A stretch of DNA of 28,122 nucleotides from NCBI GenBank assembly GCA_038748465.1, contig JBCDJA010000001.1:1-28122 (forward strand), written 5' to 3'. The notes beneath the pieces were generated by a model. The model did not search any database and was not told the origin of the DNA. It saw only the letters and a list, made by a program, of their open reading frames with translations. Below are positions 8,645 through 17,850 of this stretch, in pieces. Position 1 is the first letter of the stretch; each line of letters begins with the position of its first letter. The DNA is from Pseudomonadota bacterium. Lineage in GTDB: Bacteria > Pseudomonadota > Alphaproteobacteria > M2410. The translations under genes were made by a program, and so were the position numbers.

Positions 8645-9098
8645 TGTGCTCCCCGTCCTCCCCATGTTGCACGAGCTTGCCCATCAGCTGGCCTGGCCGA
8701 TGGGCCGGCGTCGTCCAACCCTTTGACCAAAGCCGTGCCTCGAACTGTGCCCCAACCTGTGACCAAATCCCTCGCGCGCCTCTGCCTTAATGGCCTTTCC
8801 GTAACCGTGCCCTAGACGCGGCGCCGCCTCGGTACCGATCGGACCATGGCAGGATTACCAGTTTGCAAAATCAGCTGGAGAAGAATGACTGGGAACCGTG
8901 ACGGGTTTTGGGCCGGCGGCGATGACGTGGGTGGAACGGTAGCTGAAAGGAGGGGGGCACGCCATCCCTCAATCCAGGCCCTGGCCTCAACCGAAGCCGC
9001 GACGGGTGGCCGGCATTAGGGATCGAGCGCAAAACCGCCGGCGAGCAGAAATGCGCGCGTTACGCTGGGGAAAAGGCGTTATTTGGGGGAGCAAGCCG

Positions 9099-11750
9099 TT
9101 ATTCAGGGAAGAACGTCGTGAGATCCTGGGCGAACACGCCGTCCCGCCCCTGGAACGCATAGCGCAGATGGGCAAGCGCCGCGAATTCCTGGAATTCCTC
9201 GACATCGAGGTAATACCCGCCTGCCTCAAAAATCATCTGATCACCAATGAGCCACGCGCCCTGGATTGAGGCCGACAGCCCCACACCATCACTGTCGCTG
9301 CCCTCATAGAAATCGCCATTCGGAGTGAGGGGCAGGATGGGGGCATCATCGGTTTCCACATCTTGATAGCCGACATTGACCGAACCTCTTGCCAGCCAAT
9401 TAAGGCCCTGATCGGTCATGAAATACATGCCGAGCCCGAGGCGCTTATAGTCCTGAGGGCTGAAATAGCCGCCATGCCCGAGCGTGAACTCAGACAAGTT
9501 CTCGTCATAGCTCAGGTAACGAAAATCCGGCCCCAGAGCAAAATAATCAAAGCCGGGTACCCGAAAATCATGGGTCAGGCCGGCGCGGACATCGACAAGG
9601 CCGTTATCGTCGACATCATCGCCATCGCGCTGGGCGGCTGTGAGCGCAAAATTGGCTCGCCACCGGGGCGAGATTTGCGTGAAGCCAGAGAGCTTGACAC
9701 CCGATTCAACGACGCCCCCAAAGGCCTCATCCGTAGCAGGATCAACCGAGCCGGAGAACGAGAGGATCGAATCATCGACCGCGCGCCGGTACACCTTGCC
9801 TGTAATGTCCCCGCGCGGCAGGGCGTAGGTCGCCGACACATGACCTGCAATGTCCGGGTCTACCTCCCCATTGATCGGTGTCGTGCCAAGCGAGGCGGCA
9901 AGGGTCACGACGTCCTGACGCTCCCAACTGAAGGTCACGTCGTAAACGGTGTCATCGGTGGTGAAGTCGACCAGGCGCGCAACGGGCGTCAACGCTGTTC
10001 CGAGGGGGATATTTTGATCTGGGGTTCCGTCGGCATCAAGAAGATGCAGTCTGATCTCCCCCTTGATGCGATGGCGATCGCGGCTGGTTTGGGCGCTTGC
10101 GCCCACTGTCGCTTGGGTTAGCCGGCTTGTTCCTTTTTCCCCATCGCGGTCGCGATAGCGAATGAAGGTGTCCAGATGCAGGGGGGCCAGCTGTTTGAGG
10201 CGCTGGTACTTGGTGGCGTCTTCGGCCACGGCGGCAAGTTCGCGTTGCCGGCTGCCGGCGAGATCGGCCGGGGACAGATCATAGACAAAAACTTCCGTAA
10301 CGCGTGCGGGTTCCGCACCGTCTTGCTCGATGAGGGCACCATCGCCATTGTCTAGCAATTGCTGCGGTCCTTGAGGGTCATCAGACAGCGTTGCAACCGT
10401 CACCGGCATGACCTGAGGCAGCTTTTGCGCCAAGGGGCCACCCAAGTCATCGGCCACGGGTTTCAAGGCGGGCAGGCTGTTATCGGCCTCGTAGGCGGCA
10501 ATTAAGCCGTCTGCCGCTCGCTCGTCTTGCCGGCTTGCATAAAGCGCCCCGAAGCGGCGCTGCGCATCCTTGGTGTCGCCGGCCTTAAGGGCCGTCCAGG
10601 CCGTGAGCAGACGTTGATCTCGGTTGAGCGTTCCCACGCTTTCCGCCCGGCGCAGATGCCCAAGGGCGGTCTTGAATTGGCCGGCCTCATAGGCGCGGGT
10701 GCCGAGGGTTAGGCGCAAATTGCGTTCAAAATCCTTGAAGCGTTTTTCCGAGCTGTTCTTTTGCTCCAGGAAGGAAAGCAAAGTCGTCGTTTGCCCAGTT
10801 CGAGCAAGCGTCAGACCGTAGCCATAATCGGCATCGCTTTTCAGCGTCGGATCGAGGTCCGGATCGAGGCGTGCCTCGCGAAAAAAGGCGAGGGATTCGT
10901 TATAGGCCTGTGCCCGATAAGCAAGCCAGCCGAGCGCAACGCGGTCATCGGCCGATGTTTCGATCTCAAGGCGCTCAAGCCCTGCCAGGGCAGTCTTGGA
11001 GCCCGTGTAAGATTGTCCGCCGAGGGAATGATCAAGCCAGGTGCGATAAAAAATCTCTGCGGCTGGTTGTGTCCCTTGATCGGTGGCGATGGTTTTGCCT
11101 GGCTTCAAATAGGCCTCCAGCGGCCCGCCGGTCTCGGTCACGAGGCTTGTAACGCTCGCATGGCGGCGGGCGGCAACACCGGAATAATACACCCCCTCGG
11201 CATAGGAGTCCTGTTGGCTATCGCGGTAGAGCGCCTCAAATAGGGGATAGGCTTCTGACGGGCGGTCGAGCTGCTGCAAGCTCCAGGCTTCAAGCAAGCT
11301 GATGACAGCCGGCCCCTCCCGAACCTCCGGGTTCGCCTCGATGAGGGCGAGGACATTGGCATAGTCGCGGTTCTGATAGGCAAGAAAGATCCCGCGGTCG
11401 ATCCGTGCCCGCCGTGCCTTCTCAAGGCCGCCGACCGGTGGTTGATCGGGGGCAAAGTCTTCAAGTTCTGCGAAGTTGAAATTTCCTGCGCCCGGTTTGG
11501 GGGCAATTTGGGGGTCTGCCTGCCGAGTGGCCTGCACATTTGCCTCGGCAAGGAGCGTATAGACCGTATTCGGATCGCCCACGGCAGGCCCTGTTTCGAA
11601 GGGCCGGTCTTGGGCCGATCCATCGATCAGGGATGGCGCGGCGGCCTCTGCTTGATTTATCAGTACACCGCCTGTCAGCGCATTGCCTGTCACGGTGCTG
11701 CCCGCAACAGCGCCCACCAGGACAGCTGTCTTTAGGAGAAGGGATCTCAT
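9099..11750 (-). CDS. bcsC: Cellulose synthase outer-membrane export protein BcsC-like (TPR region plus C-terminal beta-barrel)
   Basis: Signal-peptide-like N-terminus and TPR-like helices (ALGWLAYRAQAY, LLTAWTALKAGD). It carries the BcsC C-terminal signature EFTLGHGGYFSPQDY and lies directly downstream of bcsB. The start is 11750 (AGGA RBS) or 11771. Confidence 0.85.
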   Translation of the reverse strand: MRSLLLKTAVLVGAVAGSTVTGNALTGGVLINQAEAAAPSLIDGSAQDRPFETGPAVGDPNTVYTLLAEANVQATRQADPQIAPKPGAGNFNFAELEDFAPDQPPVGGLEKARRARIDRGIFLAYQNRDYANVLALIEANPEVREGPAVISLLEAWSLQQLDRPSEAYPLFEALYRDSQQDSYAEGVYYSGVAARRHASVTSLVTETGGPLEAYLKPGKTIATDQGTQPAAEIFYRTWLDHSLGGQSYTGSKTALAGLERLEIETSADDRVALGWLAYRAQAYNESLAFFREARLDPDLDPTLKSDADYGYGLTLARTGQTTTLLSFLEQKNSSEKRFKDFERNLRLTLGTRAYEAGQFKTALGHLRRAESVGTLNRDQRLLTAWTALKAGDTKDAQRRFGALYASRQDERAADGLIAAYEADNSLPALKPVADDLGGPLAQKLPQVMPVTVATLSDDPQGPQQLLDNGDGALIEQDGAEPARVTEVFVYDLSPADLAGSRQRELAAVAEDATKYQRLKQLAPLHLDTFIRYRDRDGEKGTSRLTQATVGASAQTSRDRHRIKGEIRLHLLDADGTPDQNIPLGTALTPVARLVDFTTDDTVYDVTFSWERQDVVTLAASLGTTPINGEVDPDIAGHVSATYALPRGDITGKVYRRAVDDSILSFSGSVDPATDEAFGGVVESGVKLSGFTQISPRWRANFALTAAQRDGDDVDDNGLVDVRAGLTHDFRVPGFDYFALGPDFRYLSYDENLSEFTLGHGGYFSPQDYKRLGLGMYFMTDQGLNWLARGSVNVGYQDVETDDAPILPLTPNGDFYEGSDSDGVGLSASIQGAWLIGDQMIFEAGGYYLDVEEFQEFAALAHLRYAFQGRDGVFAQDLTTFFPE

Positions 11751-11786
11751 GGTCGATCCTGTACGTCCCATAATCGCCGCTACCGA

Positions 11787-14159
11787 TTAGGCCTCGTCCT
11801 CATAGGCCGATGCCCGTGACGTGACCATGCGATGGATGACCCATGCGAGGAGAAGGACAACGGCAAGCGCGCCGAAAATCCACCAGAAGGGGGCGCGCGC
11901 CAAGTGATAGCGCAGGAACGACATGGGCTTGGCCGAGCCCATGTAATAAAGATCGCCGGCTTGCTGGGAGTAGACAAACTCCGAACCCGGACGCCATAGG
12001 TTAAGGTCCCCGGCGAGCTGTCCCCAGAGCGCCGGTTCCATGAGCTGTTGGATACCGGCAGACAGGGCAGCGGTCGTCTCAGCCGTTGCAACCGTCACGG
12101 TGCGTTCTTTGTTGCTAAAGGGCGAGCGGTAGGCCATCAACACAGCGTTACGGCCGAGGGAAGCCTCCTGCTCCATCGATAGGGAGGTTGTGGTGCCCTT
12201 GAAGTTTTTCTCGCGGCCCCGCGCATTGTCATAGGCTGCATTAAAATCAGACCACAGATCGGCAAAACGCGGCCCTGTCTCGCCCGTGTCGGCATAAGCA
12301 AGACGCAAGGTCTCGCCGCTTGCAATCGGCGCATCCTCAAGATAGCGCGGGTCGATCTCATCAAGGGTGCCGACGACGAGTAGATTGCGGCCGATGTCCT
12401 CGCCTTCCGGAGCATAGCGAACCGCCATGTCGGTCATAACCCGGCCATGGGTCTGGGCGAGTTTTGCGCTGAGGAGAAACGCTGCCGTGGCGGTCAATTT
12501 ATCGCGGCCGGCGACGACGAGCGTCGTCGCCTCGCCCTCTAGATCGCCGGTATACGGAAAGCCCGAGCGACGGAAAATATCAAGATCCGGCTGATGCACA
12601 TAGCTTTCGGCCGGCGGGAAGGTGAGCTCGGATCGATCGAGGATCGTGACCATCAGGTTGCCGTCCTGGAAGGGCAAGCACTCCCCGGCGGCATTCGACA
12701 GCATGACCGGCGCAAAGGTGAGGGTGTTGGGCCCCGGTGTTAGCAGGCGCGCTGGCAGAAAAAGTTGGTAATCGCGCAGGCTGGCGCCTTCAGGGTCATT
12801 GAGCGGAATGGCTTTCTGGAAGCGCCCATTGAGCACAATGTTAAGGACCGAATCCTCACGGAAGCCAGCACCGTAGGTGAAGTCGAGATCCACCTCTAAA
12901 CTGTCTGACTCCTTGACATAAAAGTCCGACGGCACATCAAAAAAGACCGTCTTGGCCTCGGGCCCGGCAAAGCTCAACGTGTCGCTCGCCGCGCCAAGAT
13001 CGAGGAAGGAATAGGTCGTGTCCGGCATAATGGGCGCAAGCCGGTTTCCAGCGGTCTCGGCCGGCGGCGTGATGCCCGTGACGACCATTTGCGGCGCGTC
13101 GACATAGGGGAAATTGTAATGGGTGAAGGAGCGGACGGCCTGGCTCACTTCCTCAGGGGTGACACCTGAAATCACGAGGGCAAATTGCCCAGGCGCCTGA
13201 TCCAAGGCGTAGACCCCGACAAAGGGACCGGTGATCGCCGAGCGCACATCGGCCGGCAAAAACGGGCTGATTTCAGACCGCGGACCATAGAGGACCACAT
13301 TCCGATCGCTTGCCGCAGCAAGGTTGAAAGCCGGTGTTGCAAGCGGCGACGCCGTTCCATCGGCGTTCGGGGCAGCGGCCCGGGCCGGGAAGGGCTCGGC
13401 CGTGAGCGAGCGCAATTTCGGCACCACCTAATCGAGGCGCACCGCTAAGGCCTGGGCGATTTCATTGCCCCATTGCAGATGCTGCTCGGCCAATTCGTTC
13501 ACGCCGACCGTTAGGTCATAGGCGAGGGAGTTCCCAAAGCCCGGGCCCATCAGGTCGTTTAGCTCGGATAAGAGGAGGTTCTCGGTGTCGAGAGTGCCGG
13601 CAAAGATAAGGCGCGAGCGGACGGTATTGATTTCTGTCCAAAGCTCCGGGGCTGTCGGGTCTTCGCATTGCAGGGTGTAGTGCTGCGCCACCTCGAAGGT
13701 GAGTTTGTTGTAACCCGCTTCAAAGGTGTCGACCGGCAATTGGATAGAAGCCAGTTTGGATGGGTTGTCCGCTTCGAGGGTCAGCTGGGCGACAATGGTG
13801 CCGTTGTTCCGAACGAGGAGCTGAGAGCGGCTCTCCAACAAGGAAATCGAGTTGGTAAAATCAAGCTCCAGAACAGCTCGGTCTAGCAACAGCCGCGGCG
13901 AGACCGCATAAGACAGCTCGGCCCGCGCGCTCGCATTGCGAAGCCGCATGGGCCCGGTTTCGGCGCGCAATTCGTTCAAAGGACGGATGAAGGTCGTTAC
14001 TTCCTGGCGCTCCCCCTGGGGTGAGGGGGCAAGAGGGCTAATCGGAACCGGAATGGCCTGATTGCCCGTTTGCGCGTCGGCAGAACTGACAAAGACAATA
14101 AGTGTCAGGATGATCGTGACGACCGAAAGAAAATAAGAAAGTGCGTCCTTGATTTGCAT
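11787..14159 (-). pseudogene. bcsB: Cellulose synthase co-polymerase BcsB, split by one in-frame TAG at 13428-13430
   Basis: ORFs 13428..14159 (signal peptide; QHYTLQCEDPTAPELWTEI) and 11787..13427 (LEVDLDFTYG, VLNIVLNGRF, C-terminal TM FWWIFGALAVVLLLAW) abut in the same frame. Joined they give about 790 codons. Confidence 0.85.
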
Positions 14160-14201
14160 CGCTTGACTGGCCTCTTCGCGCCCGGGCGTGTCCTCACCAT
14201 G

Positions 14202-14274
14202 GGTTAGGACGGATTAACCCTAATGCCTGTTTACCTGCGGATTTGGTAAACGCTTGGGGTTAATTTTTACTTAG
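14202..14274. promoter_or_regulatory. Cluster of candidate regulator sites upstream of bcsB
   Basis: GGTTAG-N6-TTAACC (14202-14219), GTTTACC-N9-GGTAAAC (14229-14251), and minus-strand CTAA-N7-TTAAC (14259-14274). Confidence 0.4.
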
Positions 14275-14326
14275 AGGGGCGCGAGGAATTGGCGGCTTTG
14301 GGGGCTCGCGGTGCAGGCGGCAAAGA

Positions 14327-14371
14327 CACGGTTTAGAGCGGCGCAGCTGAGAGCGGCACGGTTTAGAGCCG
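14327..14371. repeat. 15-bp imperfect tandem repeat x3 in the bcsA-bcsB intergenic region
   Basis: cacggtttagagcgg / cgcagctgagagcgg / cacggtttagagccg. Confidence 0.75.
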
Positions 14372-14421
14372 GACGGGCGATAAGAACGCAGGTGGTTGTG
14401 GCGCCCGTGCCTGCCGTGCCG

Positions 14422-16797
14422 TCAGTCTGTGACGCCGACCGAGGCCGGGTGCGGGCCCGAGGCAGGGTGGGGCCCGTCACCCCGATGGGCCCGGTCTGCT
14501 GAGCCGGCCCGCTTTTCTCGTTCCGCCCGATCGGTCTGGCGGGGGCCAAGCCCTAACAATCGATAGAGCCCGTCGCGAAGGGTGGCGGCCATAATACGCA
14601 CCAGCAACCACAGATGACCGAACGCACCCCGCACCCCTGACAAAATGAGAAAGCCCAAGGCATCCACAGCATCGTCCGTATCGGGTCTGTTGCGCCAGGT
14701 ATCATCGAGAAACGTGCTGTCCCCGTGCACAAGGCTCACGATTTCGTTCAAGGTCTTGAGATTGGGGGCGGCAAAGACGAGCCCCAATTCGTCAGGCTCC
14801 GGCCCACCGCGCGCCTCAAGTTTCTTGACCGACAGTGCAAACTGCCGATCGCCTGCGGCACTTGAGGTGACGAGCTGCGCCGTTTGGCGGCCGCCAAGAC
14901 CGATAATCTCATCAGGTGCATAGGGAATAAAGCACGCCCCACCAATCGACAGGTCGATCAATTCCCCATCGATGGTTCGATCGGCAAGGCTTAGGGAGGC
15001 CGGCAAGCTGGAAGGCAAGCGCGGGGTGGAGCGTAATTGGCGTCGCTCGAGCAAAATGCCCAGCACCGCAAGAAGCGCAAAGAGGTTCAGCGTGTTCCAG
15101 ACCATGGTGATGAGAATGACATCGCGCTCATCGGGAACCATCTGCCAGCGGATGAAACCACCCACGAAGCCTAAAAGAACAACGAAGAGCAAAATATAAA
15201 ACGGCAGGGCCATGGGCGAGATGAAATCGTTTTCCAAATGCTCTCGCTTAGGCGTCACTTTAAAGCTTGGCTTGTGGGGGTTTTTCAAGGTTGCAAGCAA
15301 GGGCCTGATTGCAAAGATCGATTGGGTAAGCTCATAGATCGCGCCGATAAAGGGCCATCGCACGTGATGAAACATGGCGTTGGCGAAGATCATAGAGGCT
15401 AAAAAGTGAGGCACGGTATAGGCCAAAAACTCCTCAGCACTCACATTATAGATGTGCCGACCAAAGAGGAGATAGGCAAGCGGCGCGATGAGAAACATGA
15501 TCCGCGCCAGCGGGAAGAACCAATAAAGGCAGCTGGAGAGATATCCCATCCGTTGGCCGAACCGAAGGCCTGGCCGAAACAGTGGGTTCTTGAGCAAAAA
15601 CAGCTGCACCATGCCCTGGGCCCAGCGGACCCGCTGGCCAATAAAGCCCGACAGGGTTTCCGGTGCCAACCCCGTGATCATCGGCCGATCGAGATAAACG
15701 CTCTTCCATTTATTGGCATGAAGATCGATGGAGGTTTCCGCATCCTCCGTGACGGTCAAAGTGCCAAAGCCGCCAACCTCCTCGATGGCCGTGCGACGTA
15801 AAAGCCCCGCAGATCCACAGAAAAAGGAAGCACTCCAATAATCGAGGCCACACTGAATTTGCCGGAAAAACATCTCGTTCTCGCTCGGCATAGAGCGAAA
15901 CATATCGAGGTTTTTTTCAACCGGATCGGGGTTCGCCATAAAGTGGGGCGTCTGCACCAACCCGATTTGCTCGTCTTTCTGGAAGTATCCGACCGTGCGC
16001 CACAAAATGTCGGCAGTTGGAATGTGGTCTGCATCAAGAATGAGGATCACATCGCCATTTGTTCGCTTGATCGCGGCATTGATATTGCCGGCTTTGGCGT
16101 GGCGATTATCCTCCCGCGTCATATAATGCGCGCCGAGCCGTCGGCACAGCCCCTTGAGGAGGGATGCGCGCTTGCTGGCCGCCTCGCGGGACGTGTCATC
16201 GCTTTGGCTTAGCTTGGCATCCGTACCGCCATCATCGAGCACATAAACGGCGACTTTGTTTTTGGGATAATCGACCTGGCACGCAGCCGAAACAGTAACT
16301 GCGACAAGCTCAATTGCTTCGTTATAGGTCGGAATAAAAATGTCCACCGTCGGCAGATTATCGAAGGCAGCCGGCGCCTCTTCCGGCGGGCGGCGGCGCG
16401 GTTTGACATTGACAAACACCGACAGCAAAAACAGCATGAAGCCGAACAGTTCAGCGCCATAAAGAAGGTACATCAAGACCGTGCTGATGGGGTCGGACAG
16501 CCCCAGTGTTTCGGTCGACCGCCAGATGAAGTATCGCAGGCTGATCAATGTCACGAGGGACAGGAACACAAGCTGGGCAAAGCGGCTGTCGCGCCAGATT
16601 GAGGCTATCGAAAGCCCGATATAGACCGACAAAACGATGACGACCTGGGTCATTAAATCGGTTGGGATCATCGCAAGCACGGTGACCATCGCGAGCAGAA
16701 TGACGAGGGCAAAGGCTGAGAAAAAATCGCCCCGGTCGCGCGCCGCTTTCGACCGCCGTTTGGGCTCTTGCTCAGGCAAGGTGAATTCGTGGGTCAT
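14422..16797 (-). CDS. bcsA: Cellulose synthase catalytic subunit BcsA (GT2 with C-terminal PilZ)
   Basis: Motifs VDIFIPTYNE, LDDGG, HAKAGNIN, DADH, QTPH, FFCGS, TED and QRVRWAQGM; PilZ motifs RQLRSTPR and DLSIGG; multiple TM segments. The start is 16797 or 16857. Confidence 0.95.
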   Translation of the reverse strand: MTHEFTLPEQEPKRRSKAARDRGDFFSAFALVILLAMVTVLAMIPTDLMTQVVIVLSVYIGLSIASIWRDSRFAQLVFLSLVTLISLRYFIWRSTETLGLSDPISTVLMYLLYGAELFGFMLFLLSVFVNVKPRRRPPEEAPAAFDNLPTVDIFIPTYNEAIELVAVTVSAACQVDYPKNKVAVYVLDDGGTDAKLSQSDDTSREAASKRASLLKGLCRRLGAHYMTREDNRHAKAGNINAAIKRTNGDVILILDADHIPTADILWRTVGYFQKDEQIGLVQTPHFMANPDPVEKNLDMFRSMPSENEMFFRQIQCGLDYWSASFFCGSAGLLRRTAIEEVGGFGTLTVTEDAETSIDLHANKWKSVYLDRPMITGLAPETLSGFIGQRVRWAQGMVQLFLLKNPLFRPGLRFGQRMGYLSSCLYWFFPLARIMFLIAPLAYLLFGRHIYNVSAEEFLAYTVPHFLASMIFANAMFHHVRWPFIGAIYELTQSIFAIRPLLATLKNPHKPSFKVTPKREHLENDFISPMALPFYILLFVVLLGFVGGFIRWQMVPDERDVILITMVWNTLNLFALLAVLGILLERRQLRSTPRLPSSLPASLSLADRTIDGELIDLSIGGACFIPYAPDEIIGLGGRQTAQLVTSSAAGDRQFALSVKKLEARGGPEPDELGLVFAAPNLKTLNEIVSLVHGDSTFLDDTWRNRPDTDDAVDALGFLILSGVRGAFGHLWLLVRIMAATLRDGLYRLLGLGPRQTDRAEREKRAGSADRAHRGDGPHPASGPHPASVGVTD

Positions 16798-16890
16798 GGC
16801 AGGGCTTTCTGCGCTCGGGGGGCGGTGGGTGGTGCGGCTCGCAAAGGGGTTATGCAAGGGCGTTTAGCGGATAATCGGCAAGGACGGGCG

Positions 16891-17226
16891 ATGCGATTAC
16901 GAACGGATTTTTGGGTCAAGGCATACGTCCGTACCGTGAATGGATCGGGTGCTTCGGCGTTTGTGCTGCAGCGGGGCGAGGCGGAGGCCGGCGCGGTGTA
17001 TGTGGTCGTCAACCGGCTTGACGGCACGGCGGCCCTGTATGCACCTGCTGCAACCGGCACGCTTGACCGGGCGTTTGTAAAGACCCACGCAGAGGCCTTT
17101 TTGCCGGAAGCCGAGGTGACGGCCCGGATCGCCAAGGAGGCGTCGATCGATCCGGACTTTTGGGTTATTGAGGTTGAAACCAAAGCGGGGACTGCCATTA
17201 ATCTTCCCCTTCTGAAGGCGGACTAA
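16891..17226 (+). CDS. DUF1491 family protein
   Basis: MRLRTDFWVKAYVR...RGEAEAGAVYV...DPDFWVIEVE is the pattern I recognise as DUF1491. ATG follows AAGGA. Confidence 0.85.
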   Translation: MRLRTDFWVKAYVRTVNGSGASAFVLQRGEAEAGAVYVVVNRLDGTAALYAPAATGTLDRAFVKTHAEAFLPEAEVTARIAKEASIDPDFWVIEVETKAGTAINLPLLKAD

Positions 17227-17740
17227 ATGCCGCCTCGCCGGGCGTTGCTGTGCCCCGTTTCAACAAAATTCGGTAGCCGCGCGGGGCGTGGTGCACCAAC
17301 AGCGAGTCGGCTTCGGGCGCCCCTGTCGCGGTCAAGTCACCGAGATGGTTATGCCTCTGGCCTGTCTCAGGTGCCCGGGCGATCAAGACAAACACCGCCG
17401 GATCGTCGGTTGCCTGAAGAGTGTGGAAGGTTTTGTTTGTAGCCAGGAGGACCGGAGCCCCGGTTGGGACCAAGGCTTGGGTCGCATCCGCGCGTTCTTG
17501 GCTTAAGGGGCCGAGGGGCGGATCGAAAATGACATAATCGGCGAGCTTGGCCCAATCGCCGGCCTGGGCCAGGCGGCGTGCCTCTTCAAAGAGGGTTGTC
17601 GGGGTTCTGAAAAACGCCTCGGTCACCGGCGTCCGGCCCAATGGCGCTGTATCGCTCGGGCTTGGCCGCGCCGCGATCACAGCCACTAAGCCTGCCAGGG
17701 CCAGTGTTCCGAGCACAAGTGTAAATCCAGATGACCGCAT
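17198..17740 (-). CDS. Hypothetical protein with an N-terminal membrane anchor or signal peptide
   Basis: Fills the gap between DUF1491 and the SLT gene and has the hydrophobic segment FTLVLGTLALAGLVAVIAA. The start is 17740 or 17779. Confidence 0.55.
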   Translation of the reverse strand: MRSSGFTLVLGTLALAGLVAVIAARPSPSDTAPLGRTPVTEAFFRTPTTLFEEARRLAQAGDWAKLADYVIFDPPLGPLSQERADATQALVPTGAPVLLATNKTFHTLQATDDPAVFVLIARAPETGQRHNHLGDLTATGAPEADSLLVHHAPRGYRILLKRGTATPGEAAFSPPSEGED

Positions 17741-17832
17741 GGCTGATCCGGTCTGAAAATCGGCGGCTTGGGCGCTCACGGCATGCCCCTTTCCAAGCGA
17801 GAAGGCAAGGCGAGGGGAGCCTAGGCCAAGCT

Positions 17833-17850
17833 GGTTAGGAAAAATTTACC
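17833..17850. promoter_or_regulatory. GGTTAG-N6-TTTACC imperfect palindrome in a divergent promoter region
   Basis: ggttag gaaaaa tttacc; same layout as the sites at 2403 and 14202. Confidence 0.3.

Noticed and set aside
13428-13430. Pyrrolysine or genome-wide amber recoding as the explanation for the bcsB stop
   Set aside because: TAG terminates other genes in the window at sensible positions (4405, 20196, 24416), and no pyl genes are visible.
14327-14371. Triple repeat as a mini-CRISPR
   Set aside because: The units are 15 bp and directly adjacent, with no spacers and no cas genes.
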